Shown: positions 1 through 9,173, numbered from the stretch's first letter. The stretch: DNA of 37,399 nt from Candidatus Cloacimonadota bacterium (GCA_029564175.1 JAKQQL010000031.1:1-37399); one strand, 5' to 3'. A program made the numbers and translations. Notes: generated by a model from the letters alone, not told the origin.

Positions 1-3000
1 ATCCACAGTCCTGCCCAGTCATAGCCATATCGTTTGATATCTCTGCCCCGCAGGATAGGTTTGATGATCTCTGCCGATTTAGGGTCTTCTGCACAGAGTC
101 TCTCTTTCGTAGGGGTATCGATGATGAAGGCTTCATTAAGACCTGTCTTAATACCATAATTGATATTTACATCCCAGTCTTTGAGGGGTTTTCCGATTCG
201 TTCAATCTTTTCTTTGAGAGAGATTTCAGCCGGATTGCCGATAAACCAAGCATCCTGAGTGAGTTTGTTCAGGCAGAGACTGTCTGAATTCATGGCATCA
301 CTGATGCTTTTCAGGTCATCATAGTAAGTTAAAGCATTCAGATTATTCTGGTTCTGACTTTTTTCAATCAGCAGAATATTGGTATCAACGGTTGCCGATT
401 TAAAGACACCGGGACCCAGATCGATGAGGATTTGAGGATTATATCCGATAAAGTATTTTCTTAGTTTTTCACCATATCCGGCTCTCATCCATTTATTGGA
501 AGTAATATAGCACAAATGCCCCTTATCTTTAAGTAAATCGAGTCCCCTTTCATAAAAGAGTCCATAGATATCACCCATTGAGTCATAAGACTGATAATTT
601 TGCTCTTTATAGGTTTTTTGAATGGCTTGACCTTTGAACTTTTGAAGTTGTATATAAGGCGGATTACCAATCACGATATCAAAGCCTTCTTTATAACAAA
701 ACATCCATTCCGGATCAAACCAGTTGCTTAAGGCATTATGATTATAAGGATCCCAATCTGATATATGACAGGAAACTCTCTCATCATAACCAAATTCAAT
801 CAGTTTATTTTTTAACTCTGTTCTTTTTGCTCTTTCTTGTTTCTTTAATCTGTTTTTCTTGATACTATTATTGGCAAAAAAGTTCTTTTGTCTTATTTCT
901 TTTATCTCATTTTCTATTTTTATGATTTCATCGTATGAATCACTATGAAAAATAGTTAATTGCTCATCTTTATTTTTTAAATTTACCAATGTATTTGCCG
1001 ATACAAACTTAGTCTCCAGGTTAGGCAAGGGTATAACACCAAAATTTGGTTGATCTTTTCTTAAATGTTGATCGACAATCAAAGAAATAAAAAATCTAAG
1101 TTTACTGATTTGAATAGCAATTGGTTGTATATCAACCCCATAGATGCAATTTTCAATTAAATATAATTTTCGCCCGTAATCATTCGAATTATGCTCAAAA
1201 ACATCACTAATTTCTCTTAGCCTTGTATCTCGTTCATTCTTATCACCAATCTGAAATGCTATTTCTGTTTCTTTGATGGCTTTCTGCCTCTGAATATCTA
1301 TCCATTCCTTATTGTATGGGTCTAATTTGCTTAACAGGTAAACCATTTTATGAAGAATACCCATAGGAAAAGCACCTGAACCACATGCCGGATCAAGAAT
1401 TTTGCATGAATCGAGAGCATTGATTAGTCTTTTAGTATCTTCTTCATCAAAATCTAATTTTTCTTCAGAATAATTAAAAAGTTTCTCAAGTTCTTTCTCA
1501 ATGTCTTGAATTGGCATATTTGATTTCTTTGATAATTCTGTTTTTAAATAGTTTTTAACTGATTCATCAACCATATAATCAACAATTTCACGGGGGGTAT
1601 AAAAAGAACCTGTTTGGTTTCTGGCAGTTGTTTGTGTTTCCGGGTTGTAACTGGCTAAAAGGTTTTCAAAAACTCGCCCTAAAAGCTCTGGATCTAACGC
1701 AATCTCTTCTTCTATCGGCGTACTTTCTGCTATCGTAAACTTATAATGGTTTAAAATATCAATGAGTCCTTTTACTTTTTCATTTTTTTTCTTTTTATCA
1801 TCATAAATTTTACTTAAATCGATTATCTTTTCTGCGCCAAAGAAGAGCTCATCAGGAATTTCTGCTTGCTTTTGAGAATTTCTGGTAAAACCATCCTGAT
1901 ACCTGGCTTTCTCATTTTCATTTTCTTTAATTTTATCTAAACACTCAAATAAACCACCATTTAAAAATGGGATAATGTTAAATAATTCTTTTATTTCTGA
2001 TTCGTCAATTAAAAACTCGTTTTTGTAACGATAAAGGTTTTTTACCATATGCTCTTTTTTATTCTCATTAAATGAGCCTTCTGTTACAAATTTTCTATTG
2101 TCTATTTCCTGATTAAGCGTTGCAAAAAACAGGTTTTGTAAGATTGCCCGATAATAAACTGTTGAACCTGGCTGATTAAAATTTTTAATCAGGTTATTAA
2201 CTACATTTTTATCGAAAATCTTCTCAGGGATTAAGCCCTTTTCTTTTAAGAACCAGATAAAGATAATGCGGGTCAGCATACGAATGACATTCTCAGAATT
2301 GTAGGTATTGAGATCTTTATCACCTCTGGCATCGTCAGGGAATTTGACTTGATCTACTGCCCAGAAATACCAATTTGCCAGCTCTTTATAAAATTTATTA
2401 TTCAGTTCTTTAATATCCAGCACTCTCTGCCATTCCCTGTGCAATTCGATAAAATTATGAGCATTCAGTGCTGTCAGGGAAAGTTCACTTAAAATATCAA
2501 TATGTGCCCGATGAGGCTTTTCAAGGTTGATATCTTTAATCAGCGTCACTTTTTCAAGGACATCCTTAGATTCATCTTTTTTATTCAATCTTCGGTTTAT
2601 CACAGACAAGGTGAGTTTATTGTCATACTTTATCAGTAACATGACTGGCATAGCAAAGAGTTTATTGATTTCTCTGCTTATTTTCGCCAGATCAGTTCTT
2701 GAATATTCATTTCCATTTAGTTCTAAAATAAAAAATAGATAAGACTCTATGATCTGGTTTTTGACTTCATTGTCTTGAAAAATGGTAATTTGATTACTCA
2801 GGTCTTCATCAGTGATCTGAAACATCATATCAATGTAGTCCCAATCATTTATTTTAGCTGTTGTTTCATTAAAATTATTAGGACCGTTATTGATATAATC
2901 CTCTCTAAAATCAGCCTTATCATGATTTTCAAGCGCTATTCTTCTGTCTGTATGATATCCAAGTATTTTAAAAAGGTTAATTGCCTGTTCAGTGAGGCTA

Positions 3001-3062
3001 TTTGTATGAATGAAGCCTTTGAGATTATTTTCTATGTTACTTTTTAATTCTTCTTTTGTCAT
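1..3062 (-). CDS. N6-adenine DNA methyltransferase / type IIG (Eco57I-like) restriction-modification protein, 3'-truncated by the window edge (not in the ORF track)
   Basis: ATG at 3062 with an AGGA RBS (MTKEELKSNIENNLKGF...). Motifs read in the same frame: GSFYTPREIVDYMV (~1570-1610), SAM-binding ILDPACGSGAF (~1370-1400), catalytic GFDIVIGNPPY (~655-686), and PILRGRDIKRY near the window start. Frame was spot-checked at these motifs, not at every codon. Confidence 0.9.
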   Translation of the reverse strand, partial: MTKEELKSNIENNLKGFIHTNSLTEQAINLFKILGYHTDRRIALENHDKADFREDYINNGPNNFNETTAKINDWDYIDMMFQITDEDLSNQITIFQDNEVKNQIIESYLFFILELNGNEYSRTDLAKISREINKLFAMPVMLLIKYDNKLTLSVINRRLNKKDESKDVLEKVTLIKDINLEKPHRAHIDILSELSLTALNAHNFIELHREWQRVLDIKELNNKFYKELANWYFWAVDQVKFPDDARGDKDLNTYNSENVIRMLTRIIFIWFLKEKGLIPEKIFDKNVVNNLIKNFNQPGSTVYYRAILQNLFFATLNQEIDNRKFVTEGSFNENKKEHMVKNLYRYKNEFLIDESEIKELFNIIPFLNGGLFECLDKIKENENEKARYQDGFTRNSQKQAEIPDELFFGAEKIIDLSKIYDDKKKKNEKVKGLIDILNHYKFTIAESTPIEEEIALDPELLGRVFENLLASYNPETQTTARNQTGSFYTPREIVDYMVDESVKNYLKTELSKKSNMPIQDIEKELEKLFNYSEEKLDFDEEDTKRLINALDSCKILDPACGSGAFPMGILHKMVYLLSKLDPYNKEWIDIQRQKAIKETEIAFQIGDKNERDTRLREISDVFEHNSNDYGRKLYLIENCIYGVDIQPIAIQISKLRFFISLIVDQHLRKDQPNFGVIPLPNLETKFVSANTLVNLKNKDEQLTIFHSDSYDEIIKIENEIKEIRQKNFFANNSIKKNRLKKQERAKRTELKNKLIEFGYDERVSCHISDWDPYNHNALSNWFDPEWMFCYKEGFDIVIGNPPYIQLQKFKGQAIQKTYKEQNYQSYDSMGDIYGLFYERGLDLLKDKGHLCYITSNKWMRAGYGEKLRKYFIGYNPQILIDLGPGVFKSATVDTNILLIEKSQNQNNLNALTYYDDLKSISDAMNSDSLCLNKLTQDAWFIGNPAEISLKEKIERIGKPLKDWDVNINYGIKTGLNEAFIIDTPTKERLCAEDPKSAEIIKPILRGRDIKRYGYDWAGLW

Positions 3063-3072
3063 TTTGTGTCCT

Positions 3073-6000
3073 TTACAATATAATCAGCCAGGTGACTAAT
3101 TCAAAATCATCATTTCTGCTTATTTCTCTTAACGCAGAGGTAATGACTGCTCTTCTGTTTGTTTGAAGCTGGCTTCTTTCTCGTCTGGTAAATAATCGGG
3201 TAATGCTCTCTACTGTTTTACCGAGTAAGAGGGTATATTCGTTCATATTCTCAGAATCTTCAGTTTTCTGATTAAATAAATCACATAATGCCTGATAGGG
3301 GGTGTTTTTATTCTGACAAAGCGTGCGGTAGATATCTAATATATATTTAGCATGGGTGTAATTGTACTGGACAGTTCCGTCCTCCTTGATGTAAACCAGA
3401 AAATGAGGGTATAGCGGATTTAATTTTTTTAATCCATTGAACTCTGTTTTGTGACTGAGACAAAATATCAGACCTGGTTTAATCAGCTCTATTTCTATAG
3501 CTGAGATTTCATGGTTATCAGTCAGATGCGCATATTCTCCACCTGGTGATGGAACCACTGCATATAGACCTAAAGGGCTGTTTTTGATTTTATCTGAGTT
3601 TTGCTTAAAGTATTTATCAATTTCAATTCTAAAATCATTCAGAGAGAAATCCGTCAGCGAGATATTTTCTTCCATATCTTCCAAATCAAGTACTTCTTCT
3701 TTTAGCTTTTTAAGTTGCTTGTTTCTAAATCTTAAATCATCACTAATCAGTTCATTGAGCTGTTCTGTATTCAGGATATTATCTTCTCCTGTTGCTGTCA
3801 TATCCACTAAAGCCATACGGGCTTCCACTCTCTCTTTGAGATTGATATAGTTATCCAGATCGCTGGTTGGCCAAAAGTTGACTAACTGAATGCTTGCATT
3901 TTGACTGCCTAATCGATCTATACGACCAAATCGCTGAATAATTCTGACCGGATTCCAGTGAATATCATAGTTAATCAGATAATCACAATCCTGCAGGTTT
4001 TGACCTTCACTGATACAATCTGTGGCAATCAAAACATCTATTTCCGGCAGATTTTGTTCTTTGAAAAGCTGATTTCTGTTTTTGGATTTTGGAGAGAAGT
4101 TTAACAGGATATTCTCAAAATCATTTCTGCCATAACTTGTCTGTGTGATAGAGCCGCCTACCAGAGCAATATGCAATTGCAGATGATGTCTAACCCAATT
4201 CAGAAGATTATGATAAAGATATTCTGCTGTATCGCTAAATGCCGTAAAAATAAGTACTTTTTTATTCCCCTGATTGATAGGGTTTCTTACTTTTTTTTCA
4301 ATTTCTTCTTTGAGTGTCGCCAGCTTTGCATCTTTGGACGCATCCACTTTTTTTGCTTCCTGGTGGAGCTGTTCAAGCGCAATTTTATCTTTTTCCAGAG
4401 CCTCCAGCCACTCATCCAGTTTTAAGTCAGCTAAATCAAATTTTAATTTCTTACCAACCTGCCAGTCTTCATTATCATCCATACTGTTTTCAATATCTTC
4501 GTCATCGGGATTACATAAATCGGTGTCAATCTGGTCTTGTAACAGCTGATGAATCTGATAATGGACGATTTTGTCAATTAACCGGTTAATCTTAGCTAAG
4601 GTTCTGTTTAGAGATATTTCAAATGATTCTATCGAGCTTTCCAGCCTCTTTAAATAATTCACTTTCATCATGCCAATCAAAAAACCTTCACGATCAGCCT
4701 GTTTAAATCTTTGATTTTGACCGTTAGCGATTCGTTCATACTTTTCTTTTTTATCATCCTGAAGGAATGCGGATGGATTATAAACAGATAATTTGTAGCC
4801 TTGTATAATCTTGTTAATTTTATCGTAACTAGGAAACTGATTAGTTAAATCAATATTGGGATATAAGGAGAGCGGTTTTTTTCTTTTAGGGAAATTGCCA
4901 ACTGAGGCGACATCATAGAATTTCACAATATGTTTTCTTGATCTGGCGATTGTGAGCTCATCCAGGAGTTTAAAGAATGATGAATCAAGCTCTTCCAAGA
5001 GTTTTTTCATGCTTTTGTCAGGATTATCTCTGTTTGCCCAGTTCGTAAATTTGGTTTGAGCATTTTTTAAAGTTAGATTTATATCATCAATCTTTGAGCT
5101 ATCAAGCAGTGCATCGCTTTTGCCTTCAGTAATGTAAGAGATTTGATTTCTGAGATCTTTCAGTTCATTGTTTACCGGAGTCGCAGACAGCATCAGGATT
5201 TTTGTTTTTATTCCGGACTTAATCATTTTTTCCATGAGCCATTTTGCCCGATTATACCTGATTTCACCTTCATCAGTTGTTCTTTCCATTGGGTTTCCAC
5301 GGAAATTATGAGACTCATCCAATACGATTAAATCAAAAGCACCCCAGTTAAAAGTTTCTAAATCGATACCATTTGCTGATGATCTGCCTCGTTCTCTGCC
5401 TAAATCGGTGTGATACATCAAGGTGTAATTGAATCTGTCTTTTTTAAAGGGATTTAACACATGATTTTGATTTGCCTGATAGATTGACCAGTTACCGGAT
5501 AATTTTTTTGGGCAGAGGACAAGCACACGGTAATTTAAAAGTTCAAAATATTTTATAACGGCCAATGCTTCAAAGGTTTTACCTAAACCGACACTGTCCG
5601 CAATAATACAGCCATTGTGTTTTGTGATTTTATTGATTGCCCCTTTTACACCGTCTTTTTGAAAATCATAAAGCATATTCCATACTTCACTATTGTAGAA
5701 ACCGGTATTCTCATCTAAGAAGCCCCCTCTTTTTTGTTCTGTGAGGTATTCTTCAAAAAGATGATAAAGGGTTTTATGATAGATGAATTCAGGCGAATTC
5801 TCTGCATACAGCGTATTTAAATATCGAAGCACCTCTTCTTTTACATCCTGAATCAGATCAGAGGGTCCGTTCCAGAGTTGATTAAACCACTCGTGTATTT
5901 CTTTTCTTTCTCTGTCACTGTCGATAATGAGGTTTAATTCCATATTGCTGTTTAAACCAAATCCAAGCCCATTTACTGTAAAATTGGAGCTTCCTGCTAT

Positions 6001-6417
6001 CGCTTTTTCTATGCCGGCTTTCTGAGTGATATGATAGAGTTTGCCATGCAGAAAATTGGGTTTAACCATTGATCTGATTTCCACCTTATGACGAATCCAG
6101 TCGGCACATTCTCTGGCAATTCTTTTTTGGCTGAGTCTATTTTCAACTGGTATAACAAGCTTGTCGTCTTCTATTTTAAATTCTCTGGGACTTTTATTGG
6201 TATCCATTGCCTTGATAAAGGTAGGCTCTCCAAATAAAAATCGTAAATCTTTTATTTTGTCGAGGTTTTCTTTCAACTGGTTGTATGCGTATATGGTAAA
6301 GTAAGCCGAAACAATAGAAACAGAAGAATCTTCTGATATGGTTTCTTTTAAGAAATCGCCCACTTTTCCGTTTGATCGGTTATCTCTGATCGTTGTATAT
6401 GGCATTTGATCTCCCAT
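3073..6417 (-). CDS. SNF2-family helicase with N-terminal phospholipase D (HKD) nuclease-like domain
   Basis: N-terminal SAYF...LHGKLY...GSSNFT (PLD nuclease signature). Walker A ADSVGLGKT, DESH box, SATP motif III, and C-terminal SEGQNLQ / QRFGRIDRLG helicase motifs. Ends 10 bp before the MTase start. Confidence 0.92.
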   Translation of the reverse strand: MGDQMPYTTIRDNRSNGKVGDFLKETISEDSSVSIVSAYFTIYAYNQLKENLDKIKDLRFLFGEPTFIKAMDTNKSPREFKIEDDKLVIPVENRLSQKRIARECADWIRHKVEIRSMVKPNFLHGKLYHITQKAGIEKAIAGSSNFTVNGLGFGLNSNMELNLIIDSDRERKEIHEWFNQLWNGPSDLIQDVKEEVLRYLNTLYAENSPEFIYHKTLYHLFEEYLTEQKRGGFLDENTGFYNSEVWNMLYDFQKDGVKGAINKITKHNGCIIADSVGLGKTFEALAVIKYFELLNYRVLVLCPKKLSGNWSIYQANQNHVLNPFKKDRFNYTLMYHTDLGRERGRSSANGIDLETFNWGAFDLIVLDESHNFRGNPMERTTDEGEIRYNRAKWLMEKMIKSGIKTKILMLSATPVNNELKDLRNQISYITEGKSDALLDSSKIDDINLTLKNAQTKFTNWANRDNPDKSMKKLLEELDSSFFKLLDELTIARSRKHIVKFYDVASVGNFPKRKKPLSLYPNIDLTNQFPSYDKINKIIQGYKLSVYNPSAFLQDDKKEKYERIANGQNQRFKQADREGFLIGMMKVNYLKRLESSIESFEISLNRTLAKINRLIDKIVHYQIHQLLQDQIDTDLCNPDDEDIENSMDDNEDWQVGKKLKFDLADLKLDEWLEALEKDKIALEQLHQEAKKVDASKDAKLATLKEEIEKKVRNPINQGNKKVLIFTAFSDTAEYLYHNLLNWVRHHLQLHIALVGGSITQTSYGRNDFENILLNFSPKSKNRNQLFKEQNLPEIDVLIATDCISEGQNLQDCDYLINYDIHWNPVRIIQRFGRIDRLGSQNASIQLVNFWPTSDLDNYINLKERVEARMALVDMTATGEDNILNTEQLNELISDDLRFRNKQLKKLKEEVLDLEDMEENISLTDFSLNDFRIEIDKYFKQNSDKIKNSPLGLYAVVPSPGGEYAHLTDNHEISAIEIELIKPGLIFCLSHKTEFNGLKKLNPLYPHFLVYIKEDGTVQYNYTHAKYILDIYRTLCQNKNTPYQALCDLFNQKTEDSENMNEYTLLLGKTVESITRLFTRRERSQLQTNRRAVITSALREISRNDDFELVTWLIIL

Positions 6418-6511
6418 ATTTTCTCAGGCTTTGCTGATTTTCTGTTATGAAACACAATCTTTTTTTATCTTTCAATTGCCTGTTTATTCTGTTTATTATT
6501 CACTTATGCCA

Positions 6512-6540
6512 AAATTAACAGATATGTTTAAATTGGTCAA
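6512..6540 (-). promoter_or_regulatory. sigma70-type promoter for the helicase-MTase operon
   Basis: TTGACC-17 bp-TAATTT on the minus strand, about 95 bp upstream of the helicase start. Confidence 0.55.
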
Positions 6541-6576
6541 GCTTTTTTTGTTCTATGAATGCTTTTGTACAATTTC

Positions 6577-6600
6577 GGATGAACAGTGTTTCGTTTCATC
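6577..6600. repeat. Decayed REP-like palindrome
   Basis: GGATGAACAGTGTTTCGTTT matches GGATGAACGGCGCTTCGCTT at 27448 with four transition differences. Confidence 0.4.
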
Positions 6601-6747
6601 AGATACACGCTCTATATATTTTACCCGGACAAAAATGCTGATTTTGTCTTTTTGGTTTTAAAAACGAGGAGTTTTTCAAAAAGTAAGCAGAAATAAATGA
6701 GAAATTTAACCTGGACAATATGAGCAACGATGACACTTTTATTGATC

Positions 6748-6778
6748 AACCACGGAAAAACGGAAAGAAACGGAAAAA
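6748..6778 (+). repeat. Triple heptamer microrepeat (ACGGAAA x3)
   Basis: AACCACGGAAAAACGGAAAGAAACGGAAAAA, read directly. Confidence 0.6.
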
Positions 6779-7093
6779 TATTTCGGTGGAGCATAATATC
6801 ATTAAAATTAAGGGGAATAACCAAGGGTCAATCCTTGTTTTCAGGTCATTATATGCCAGTTGATGTTTTTTTTCTACAAGCAGGATGCTTGTTGTACGGA
6901 TGCTCCTTTCTCTCCTCTTTCATTCTGCTTTCCTTTTCGCTTGTAATAGCAGGAAAGTCACAGGGCTGTTAGATATGTAACGGAAGGAATGAGAAACCAA
7001 AAAAAGAGTTTTCTACAGGATAGATAAGAGAATTAAAAGAAAAAGAAGTTGTTTTTTATAGAAATAGGAGTATCATGTTATCAAGAGGAGTGT

Positions 7094-7651
7094 ATGAAAG
7101 TAGTTTTTAAAAGAATGACACATGATTATCCAAAGAAAGCCGGAGATTTAAGTCTTGCCTGGTATGCGGGCGGCACTATATGCATTTGCAGAAATAAACC
7201 GGAAAGATTTTTACAGAAACAGAATCTGACGATTATTCAGATCAATGCGCTTTGTAAAATACTTTGGGAAGAGTTAACACCTCGTTTTAAAAAGGATCTT
7301 GGCCTGTATGCCCTGAGATATAAAAAAGAATATCCTAAACTTAGAAAACGGGGAGTATCGTCTTATGCCGTTTTTCTGATGTTGATTCATGCTCTGATAA
7401 AACGATTTTCTCTGAATTTGGATAATCATTCTAACAGCCAATCTCTTTTAAATAAACTACTGTCTCAACTATCTGTTAAAAAAGCGGTTGAGTTAAGACT
7501 AATCAAGATAGTCAGAAGTCATTATCAACTGAATCATTGTAATTGCGACAAGCTTACAGTTGATTTATGGGAAGGTCTTCAAGATACAGAAAATATTATG
7601 ATAGATAATTATCAGGTTATTGAAAGATTTGTTTATGAAAAGCCTGGATAA
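7094..7651 (+). CDS. Hypothetical basic protein, paralog of 28962-29564 (~185 aa)
   Basis: ATG at 7094 follows AGAGGAG and aligns with the start of the paralog, so it is preferred over the track's TTG at 7049. Shares CIxR, ERxLQxQN, LWxxL, YAxxY and RKRGVS motifs. Confidence 0.8.
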   Translation: MKVVFKRMTHDYPKKAGDLSLAWYAGGTICICRNKPERFLQKQNLTIIQINALCKILWEELTPRFKKDLGLYALRYKKEYPKLRKRGVSSYAVFLMLIHALIKRFSLNLDNHSNSQSLLNKLLSQLSVKKAVELRLIKIVRSHYQLNHCNCDKLTVDLWEGLQDTENIMIDNYQVIERFVYEKPG

Positions 7652-7865
7652 GAGATATGGATTAGTCATAATATTAGATATAATCTGAGTCTTAATAAAA
7701 TAAAACTTGTCAGGAAATATAAGAAAATAAATTTAGATTTCGTGATAATGCGAAACAGAAAGTGACTGATTAAGCAGAAATAAAAAAGAAGAACAAAGGA
7801 AACTTCTTAGTCTTAATGGCTAAACATTATCTGCTTATTTTTGAAAAAGTTAAAAAATAAAAATA

Positions 7866-7900
7866 ATTGTTGACACGAAATCCGTGTGTAACAATATGGT
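7866..7900 (+). promoter_or_regulatory. Probable promoter of the tuf-S10-spc operon, overlapped by an inverted repeat
   Basis: TTGACA at 7870 preceded by an A-rich UP-like tract. The -10 box is non-canonical (TATGGT at 19 bp spacing). Imperfect inverted repeat ATTGTTGACACG-aaatc-CGTGTgTAACAAT. Confidence 0.55.
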
Positions 7901-7977
7901 TAAATTCAGGCAGAATAAAAAAAGATAACTGCTGAAGAATTAAGCCTAAATAGGCTTTAGATCTATGGAGGAAAGAA

Positions 7978-9162
7978 ATGGCTAAGGAAAAATTTGTAAG
8001 AACCAAGCCACACGTGAATGTCGGAACTATCGGTCACGTTGACCATGGTAAGACCACACTCACTGCAGCGATTACGCTGTATTTATCAAAAAAAGGCGGG
8101 GGTTCTTTCCGCTCTTTCGACAGTATTGATAATGCTCCGGAAGAAAAAGAAAGAGGTATCACGATTGCTACTGCACACGTTGAATACCAGACAGAATCCC
8201 GTCACTATGCACACGTTGACTGTCCAGGCCACGCTGACTATGTAAAAAACATGATCACTGGTGCTGCTCAGATGGACGGTGCTATTCTTGTTGTATCTGC
8301 GGCTGATGGCCCTATGCCTCAGACTCGTGAACACATCCTGCTTGCAAAACAGGTTGGCGTTCCAGCTATGGTTGTATTTTTAAACAAATGCGACTTAGTC
8401 GATGATCCTGAATTATTGGAATTAGTTGAGCTTGAAGTTCGTGAACTTTTAAGCAAATACGGTTTCCCTGGTGATGATATCCCTGTAATTAAGGGTTCTG
8501 CATTAAAAGGTTTGAATGGCGATCCTGAAGGTGAAGCTCAAATTCAGGCATTAATGGATCAGGTTGATACTTACATTCCACTTCCTGAACGTGACAAAGA
8601 CAAAGCTTTTTTAATGCCAGTTGAAGACGTTTTCTCAATCCCTGGCCGTGGTACTGTTGCTACTGGTCGTGTGGAACGTGGCGTTCTTAAACTGAATGAC
8701 AAAGTTGAACGTATTGGTATCAAAGATACAGTTGAAACTGTTTGTACTGGTATCGAAATGTTCCGTAAAGTGATGGATCAGGCTGAAGCGGGTGACAATA
8801 TTGGTGTATTACTTCGTGGTATCGGTAAAAATGATATCGAACGCGGTATGGTACTTGCAAAACCAAAATCAATTACCCCTCATACCAAATTCAGAGGCGA
8901 AACTTATATCCTGACCGCTGGCGAAGGTGGACGTCATAAACCATTCTTCAACGGCTATCGCCCTCAGTTCTACTTCCGTACAACTGACGTTACCGGAACC
9001 TTAAACCTGCCAGAAGGTGTTGAAATGATTATGCCTGGTGACAATGTAACCATCAGTGGCGAATTAATCACACCTATCGCGATGGAACAGGGACTTCGTT
9101 TTGCAATCCGTGAAGGTGGTCGTACCATCGGTGCCGGCGTTGTTGGCGAAGTGATTGCTTAA
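7978..9162 (+). CDS. tuf: Elongation factor Tu
   Basis: [16 protein letters not shown] and NKCD motifs; 394 aa. Confidence 0.99.
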   Translation: MAKEKFVRTKPHVNVGTIGHVDHGKTTLTAAITLYLSKKGGGSFRSFDSIDNAPEEKERGITIATAHVEYQTESRHYAHVDCPGHADYVKNMITGAAQMDGAILVVSAADGPMPQTREHILLAKQVGVPAMVVFLNKCDLVDDPELLELVELEVRELLSKYGFPGDDIPVIKGSALKGLNGDPEGEAQIQALMDQVDTYIPLPERDKDKAFLMPVEDVFSIPGRGTVATGRVERGVLKLNDKVERIGIKDTVETVCTGIEMFRKVMDQAEAGDNIGVLLRGIGKNDIERGMVLAKPKSITPHTKFRGETYILTAGEGGRHKPFFNGYRPQFYFRTTDVTGTLNLPEGVEMIMPGDNVTISGELITPIAMEQGLRFAIREGGRTIGAGVVGEVIA

Positions 9163-9173
9163 TCGGAGGAAAC

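Noticed and set aside
485..5331. Small ORFs inside or antisense to the MTase and helicase genes
   Set aside because: Shadow frames of long, motif-bearing genes.
1..6417. Calling the locus DISARM or BREX
   Set aside because: The core genes drmA/drmB (DUF1998) and brxC/pglZ are not visible in the window; sequence beyond the left edge is unknown.
6431..6972. Short track ORFs 6431-6661, 6621-6824 and 6730-6972 (also 28749-29117)
   Set aside because: Low-complexity, F/L/S-rich translations over regulatory and repeat DNA with no recognisable motif.
7652..7977. tRNA genes upstream of tuf (as in tRNA-tufB operons)
   Set aside because: The region is very AT-rich, with no cloverleaf or T-loop GTTCRA motif visible.
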